Below are positions 57,432 through 64,000 of a stretch of 64,000 nucleotides of DNA, piece after piece. Below the pieces are notes generated by a model. The model saw nothing but the letters and a program-made list of their open reading frames with translations, had not been told where the DNA came from and ran no database searches. How positions within the stretch are numbered: the first letter of the stretch is position 1; every line of letters begins with the position of its first letter. The position numbers were made by a program, and so were the translations under genes. This DNA is from Chrysomallon squamiferum (taxonomy: Eukaryota; Animalia; Mollusca), in the NCBI GenBank assembly GCA_012295275.1, contig CM022672.1, positions 19,034,001 through 19,098,000 of the forward strand, read 5' to 3'.

Positions 57432-58352
57432 AAACTAAGTCCCGTTCTAACATTACTGTGAACTATATTAAAACTTAGACTGGTTCTAACATTACTGTGA
57501 ACTATACTAAAACTAAAATCGTTTCTAACATTTCTGTGAACTATACTAAAACTAAAATCGGTTCTAATATTACTGTGAACTATATTAAAACTAAGACTGG
57601 TTCTAACATTACTGTGAACTATATTAAAACTAAGACTGGTTCTAACATTACTGTGAACTATATTAAAACTAAGACTGGTTCTAACATTACTGTGAACTAT
57701 ACTAAAACTAAAATCAGTTCTAACATGACTGTGAACTATACAAAAACTAAAATTGGTTCTAACATTACTGGTAACTATATTAAAACCAAAATCAGTTCTA
57801 ACATGACTGTGAACTACATTAAAACTAAAATCGGTTCTAACATGACTGTGAACTACATTAAAATTAAGACTGGCTCTAACATTACTGTGAACTACATTAA
57901 AACTAAGATCGGTTCTAACATTACTGTGAACCATATTAAAACTAAGATCGGTCCTAACATTACTGTGAACTATAATAAAACTAAGATCGGTTCTAAAACT
58001 GACTTAAAACAAAAACTCATTCTAACACTGGTGAGTACTGTATTAAAACAAAAACTCATTCTAACACTGGTGAGAACTGTATTAAAACAAAAACTCATTC
58101 TAACACTGGTGAGTACTGTATTAAAACAAAAACTCATTCTAACACTGGTGAGAACTGTATTAAAACAAAAACTCATTCTAACACTGGTGAGTACTGTATT
58201 AAAACAAAAACTCATTCTAACACTGGTGAGAACTGTATTAAAACAAAAACTCATTCTAACACTGGTGAGAACTGTATTAAAACAAAAACTCATTCTAACA
58301 CTGGTGAGAACTGTATTAAAACAAAAACTCATTCTAACACTGGTGAGAACTG
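57432..58352. repeat. Compound 39-bp minisatellite (14 type-A units + 9 type-B units)
   Basis: A = ttctaacattactgtgaactatattaaaactaagactgg (57445-57990). B = ttctaacactggtgagaactgtattaaaacaaaaactca (58020-58352). A 29-bp truncated unit forms the junction. Confidence 0.95.
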
Positions 58353-58844
58353 TCATCTGCTGCAAACGCCCAAAGCTCAACGCGGACGTTTTGTCCTTGT
58401 TATCAGAAACCATAAACACGATTCTAAGATCAACACAACAGTGGGGATGCTGCTGCTATCATAATATTTTTAAATACTGTTAATCTTCTCACTGGACACG
58501 ACAATGATGATGATGATGATGATAATGGTGACGACGATGGTGTTGTGGTGATTTCATTTATAAGGAATATTGCTTTTCGTTCTCCTTTTTCATGGTTAAT
58601 AAATTCATAATCTTCTTTTTCTTTTGTCATCTTTTTTCTTCGTGATGAAGAAGATGAAGATGATAATGATAATGATAATAATGATGATGATAATGTTGAT
58701 GATGATGATGATGAAGATATTATTTTGTGAGGTGTTCTGTTACTTCTGTGACACCAATTTCGCTAATATTCAGGATCACTTCTACATTGAGCAACAACAA
58801 CAACAACAACAATAATAATAATAACAACATTATTATTATTATTA

Positions 58845-58911
<67 letters not shown>

Positions 58912-59509
58912 AGCAAAAATGAAATTTAGTATTTACGGCATGATATATGGGTTTGAAGCTTCTGTAAACAAATAAACAGGCAAACAGACATAAAACGACA
59001 TAAAACGACATAAATATATAAAACAAATATTTCACAATACTAAAAAAAATATCTAAAACTGTCATATATAGATTCGGGTAAACAGCAGAGAAGAAATTAA
59101 TATTTATTTATTATTACCATCATCTCTCTTTCATTTCAACATTTATATTAGTATATTCAAAATAAAAATGAGTATTAAAAATAATAAAAATAAAATAAAT
59201 AAAGGGTAAAATGACATAATATAAAGATAATTAAAATACTAATAAAACGTATATTTTAAAAAGGACAGTAAAATAAAATAATATAAATTAAAATAATTTA
59301 ATGATATGACATAAAATAAAAAATATAAAAAATTAAAATAAAATGTAATAAAAAAAAAATAAACAAGTAAATAAATATTTTCATTATTTTTAATAAAACA
59401 GCTAATAAATTTAACGTGATATGTCATAGTAATTTTGTATTTTCAACGAAAACAGTTTGGATAATGTAACATTTCGTAAAGTTTTACTGAAACAAAATGT
59501 GTGAAAACA

Positions 59510-59547
59510 AAGAGATAAATAAATAAATAAATAAATAAATAAACAGA

Positions 59548-59598
<51 letters not shown>

Positions 59599-59795
59599 AG
59601 AGATAAATATTTAAATAAAAAAGTAAAATAAAATAACATAAAATAGAATAAAATAAAATAAAATAAAATAAAATAAAATAAAATAAAATAAAATAAAATA
59701 AAATAAAATAAAATAAATAAAATAAAATAAAATAAAATAAAATAAATAAAACTAAAATAATAATAACATAAATTAAAATAAAACTAAATTAAAAT
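59510..59795. repeat. (AAAT)n and (ATAAA)n arrays
   Basis: About 20 pure ATAAA units at ~59651-59750. Confidence 0.95.
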
Positions 59796-61592
59796 AACTC
59801 CATCTTAGTTTTACGACAAACGAACACTGTATAGAAAATTACGTAAGAAAAGGAAGGGAACAAAATACCCCGACATTCTAATTAAAAAAAAAAAAAAAGA
59901 GAGAGAGAGAGCTCGCGCACACGCACACTCACGCACATACGTACACAACAGATGGAGTAACAGAAAACCAAAACATCAAAATTAAAAAGCGAAACGAAAG
60001 TTCTCAGCAAACACTAACATGAACAAATGACTTGCCAGATTCTATCAACAGACTCGGGCGATTAGAACATCGGGTCGCGTGCCTCTCACACATGTTTTGC
60101 GTGCCTCGTGCGCGCGAGAGCAGAGGCTTGGCAGGCAAAATATTCCAGGGAAGAAGCAGACGAGAAGCTGGTTACATTTCTGTTTGCGATCCAGACTTTA
60201 CAGAGCTGTATCGCTTTCCTTCCACTTTACATTTATATAGATTATAATATAAAAAAAAAAAAAAAAAAATGTACATGGACAGACAATAATAAAAAAAAAA
60301 AAAAAAATTCAAATTAAATTTAAAATATTATCTTTGAAAGTTAATCAGTGAAAATAAATGAAACACAAGCACGTTCAAGTTCTTTATTCGCCTTCGGTCA
60401 AAAAACTTTTTTTTTTTTATTCATTTGTTTTTGCTAATTAAGTTTCAATGTTGTATACATTTTTATTTTTTATTTCGTATTTTTTATTCTCTGTCCATGT
60501 ACGTTTTTGTTTTTTACATTAATGAATTCTAAATTTTATCCTGTGAAGATAATAAACACTTTATTCTGTTTTATCATTCCTCGTTTATTCATCGCGAACT
60601 CATCTTAATGGCGTTCCAACCAGTTTTTCTGAGTTAATTAACAAATGCTGTGGTTCCTGTTTTACTGTTTGCAAGAAACTGCATGTAAATTGTATCTTTT
60701 GCTGCTATTTATCAATACTATATGTATGCATGTATGTATGTATGTATGTATGTACGTACGTATGTATGTATGTATGTATGTATGTATGTATGTGTATATG
60801 TATGTATGTGTATATGTATGTATGTAAAAACATATACATCTCAGCTACCTTTAATCTATTTAAAATAACAGTAACCCAAATTGTGAAACATGTATACAAT
60901 AAATAAATAAGAAATTTAACAACCAAAAACGATATATAAACTAGACTAATAAAACGAAATTAAAACGCTCAGTGAAGATTATTTCAACGTGTTTTAGAAA
61001 GATAAATGTTTGATTGTTTGTTTCTTTTGTTTCGGCATTTCCTGGGGTTTGTTATATATTTAGTAATGGTTAGTTTAATATAGAATATCTTCTATATATT
61101 TTCACAGTTTTGAGTGCTTGTTTGTATAAGTTTTCTTTTTTAATTTTAATTATTTTTTAATTATATATTTAAATTTTAGTTTTAAATTTATAAAAAATTT
61201 TAGTTCTTTTTTTTTAAATTTATTTTTTTTGTTTTAAATTTTTTGTTTTTTCTTTTTTTTTTTTGTTTTGTTTTTTATATTAATTTTTAAATCTTTTTGG
61301 TTAAAAAATTGAAATAGAATAAATAAATAAAATTTGAAGATAATGAAAGAAATAAACAGAAAATGAAAAAATGAAAGAAAAATAAATAAACAAAAGGAAG
61401 CAAGTTTTGAAAAAATAAAGATAAGAATAAAAACAGGAATAAATGAAACAAAAACTAGAAGAAAAAAAAAGAATGATTAAAAAAATAATAACAAAAAAAT
61501 AAAGAAAAGAAGGAAGAATGTAATTATGAAAGAAATGAGTCAAAATATTAGATGAATCAAAATTAATTTTAAAAAATAAAGAAAGAAATATG

Positions 61593-62120
61593 TTCACTTT
61601 TTAACAGTATGTCACCACATTTCATGTTATTTTCTATTTAACAGCATATCTATCACTACATTTATTGTAATTCACTTCTTAACAATATCACACCATATTT
61701 AGAGTTATTCTCTCTTGAACACTATCTTACTGTATTTACTGTTACTCACTTTTTATCTGTATCCCACTATATTTACTGTTATTCACTTTTTATCTGTATC
61801 CCACTATTTTTACTGTTATTCACTTTTTAACACTATTTTCTCATATTTACTGTTATTCACGTTTTAACAATATCTCAGTCTATTTATTGTTATTCTCTGT
61901 TTTAAAATGTTACTATATTTATTGTAATTCTCTTTTTAACAATATCTCACCATATTTACTGTTATTAACTTTTAAAACAGAATCTCAGTCCATTTACTTT
62001 TATACACTATTTAACACTATCTCACTCTGTTTACTGTTATTGACTTTTTATCAGTCTATCTCATCAGTCTATTTACTGTTATTCACTAAGCATAGCATCA
62101 TCTCACAATATTTACTTTCA
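61593..62120. repeat. Degenerate ~37-bp minisatellite, ~14 copies
   Basis: Consensus close to tatttactgttattcactttttaacactatctcacca; best-preserved units at ~61733-61850. Confidence 0.85.
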
Positions 62121-62435
62121 TTTTACTTTTTATTGTGTTTAATTACACCTAACAGTTTCCTCCCATTATAGTGTCTCCGCAATCTACGACTGTCTTTTTA
62201 TTTTTTAATTGTTTTTTATTTTAAGTTGTAAAACGAAAGCCTCTGAACGCGATATCACCAATCACGCCTTTTTATTATTATTTTTTCTGATAGCTTTTCT
62301 CTCAACCGATAAAGAAATAAAATTAAGGGGAAAAAATAAAAAAAAAAAAAAAAAAAAAAAAACTGTTTTCTTCTTTCTTAATTTCCTGACAACGTCTGCC
62401 CTCGGAGATTCTATTGACGAACTTATCACACTGCT

Positions 62436-62469
<34 letters not shown>

Positions 62470-63740
62470 ACGAAATTACATATCTCTGGTCAATTCAGGA
62501 AATATTTCCCATAAAAGCTTTTTCTTTATGCCAAATCTGATGACAAAAGACCGATAACCTTCGTATTTAACTGCAATATTCAATTTCCTTGCGTCAATGA
62601 TAAATGGCCAATAGCTAAGGTTAAATTCGCCATCACTCCCAAATTGCCACGAAAATCGGCGCGTAATCGACGTTCCTACTTTAATAAACCGCCAATGAAA
62701 TTTCCTACAGTGCGATAAAAACCTCGAGACTTGTTCTCGAGAATATTGATGCGACTTTATCTGTTTAAACGGGCGTTTTGGCATATCCCTCGATGATCAA
62801 CTTTGTACCTTTTTGTCACTCGGGCCTTAGGAAATTTCCTGGCAATTGTGGTGAAAATTATCGCCTTTCGCTCGAGTGATCGTCGAAACGACCTGGGGAT
62901 AATGCCCGCGGGACCGAGAGGACGGAGTAAAAAGGACCCCAATCTTTTGGTAAATTACTATCAGCCATCAATAATTGAAAGACGAATGCGAGAATCGTTT
63001 CACACTGTCACTCTCTGCCTCTTATGCACGTGCCTTCTCACGCGCATCCGTTCCGTGTCAGAGTTAATCATTTGGCGCTTTGCCGCTTCATCACTGCAAG
63101 ATTGTTTGTTCCAAGCTGTAATTTTCTCTTCATTAGTATTCTGGATTATTTTAAAAATAAAAAAAAAAAAAAATATTTTTTTTTTTTTTTTTTTTCGTAT
63201 AACTTGTCAAGCGATAAAGGTTTTCGCGTAATAAACGAAACATATATTTCTGACATATATCTCTTGTAGAAAATTAATGACAGATTCAGTTTTAATAATA
63301 TTTGAATAAATTTAGTTTGAGATCGTTTAATTTCTGTTAATTCCGCTGCATCGATCGTTCATAATGAGCCCTGTATTACGTATCTCATCTTGTGTTGCGT
63401 TACTGTGTCTGAAAATCAAAAGTAAATTACACTGTTTAGGTTTAGGTTTACACGTAAAACATGCCTGCATGTAATGCTTTTTCTTTTTTTTCTTTTCTGT
63501 ATTAACTGTTAAATGAATTTGCTGATATTCATGTAAACTAATGCAGATGTTATAAAGTTTAAAAAAAAAAAAAAAAAAAAAAACGGTTTATATATATATA
63601 TATATATTTATATTACTAACATATTTTTATGATTATATTTATCATATTTGAATATTAGAATTATATTTTTATTTGTTTGTTTGTTTGTTTTATTTACTTA
63701 TTTACTTTTTTTTTTTTTTTTACTGTCGTATTGTTTTTGA

Positions 63741-63792
<52 letters not shown>

Positions 63793-64000
63793 TTTTTTAT
63801 TTTTTTTTTTTTATTTATTTATTTGTTTGTTTGTTTATATATTTACTTATTAATTAATTAATTGATTTTATTCATTCTATTTATATATTTTTTTTATTTT
63901 ATTAATTACTTTAATTTATTCTATTTATTTATATAATCTATTAAATAATTATTTTATTTGATTTTATTATTATTTTTTTGTTATTAATTAATAATTATTT

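Noticed and set aside
57432-58352. CRISPR-like periodicity
   Set aside because: Contiguous tandem units with no unique spacers, no cas genes, and a eukaryotic context.
57497-58483. 328-aa ORF (and minus-strand 174/149-aa ORFs) with 13-aa repeats
   Set aside because: By-product of a 39-bp minisatellite. Non-ATG start, related units read in different frames either side of the junction, open on both strands, no recognisable domain.

Overview
AT-rich, microsatellite-saturated animal genomic DNA. It looks invertebrate and the SSR content is reminiscent of a mollusc such as a cephalopod, but the taxon is only an inference. The single supportable protein-coding gene is a two-exon Msx/msh (NKL-class) homeobox gene on the minus strand: CDS 33915-33435 joined to 26188-25752 across a 7,246-bp phase-1 GT-AG intron. 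It encodes 305 aa with an eh1 motif (FSMDDIL), a Trp motif (FPSWLY) and a Q50 homeodomain. The other ~63 kb is a gene desert in which about 35 CpG-retaining islands of 0.3-1 kb alternate with SSR/low-complexity spacers, plus several minisatellites and one local ~130-bp duplication. Almost all other ORFs in the track are SSR or antisense-shadow artefacts. The best leads are regulatory: (1) an NRF1-CRE-TATA cassette downstream of the Msx stop codon, oriented to drive an antisense RNA through the homeobox exon, reminiscent of mouse Msx1-AS; (2) a Smad+TCF composite element upstream of Msx; (3) homotypic motif clusters (3x GCCGCCAT, 7x TATCG, 8x GTCACGTG). All motif-function assignments are hypotheses from sequence alone, and all counts and expected frequencies are hand estimates.
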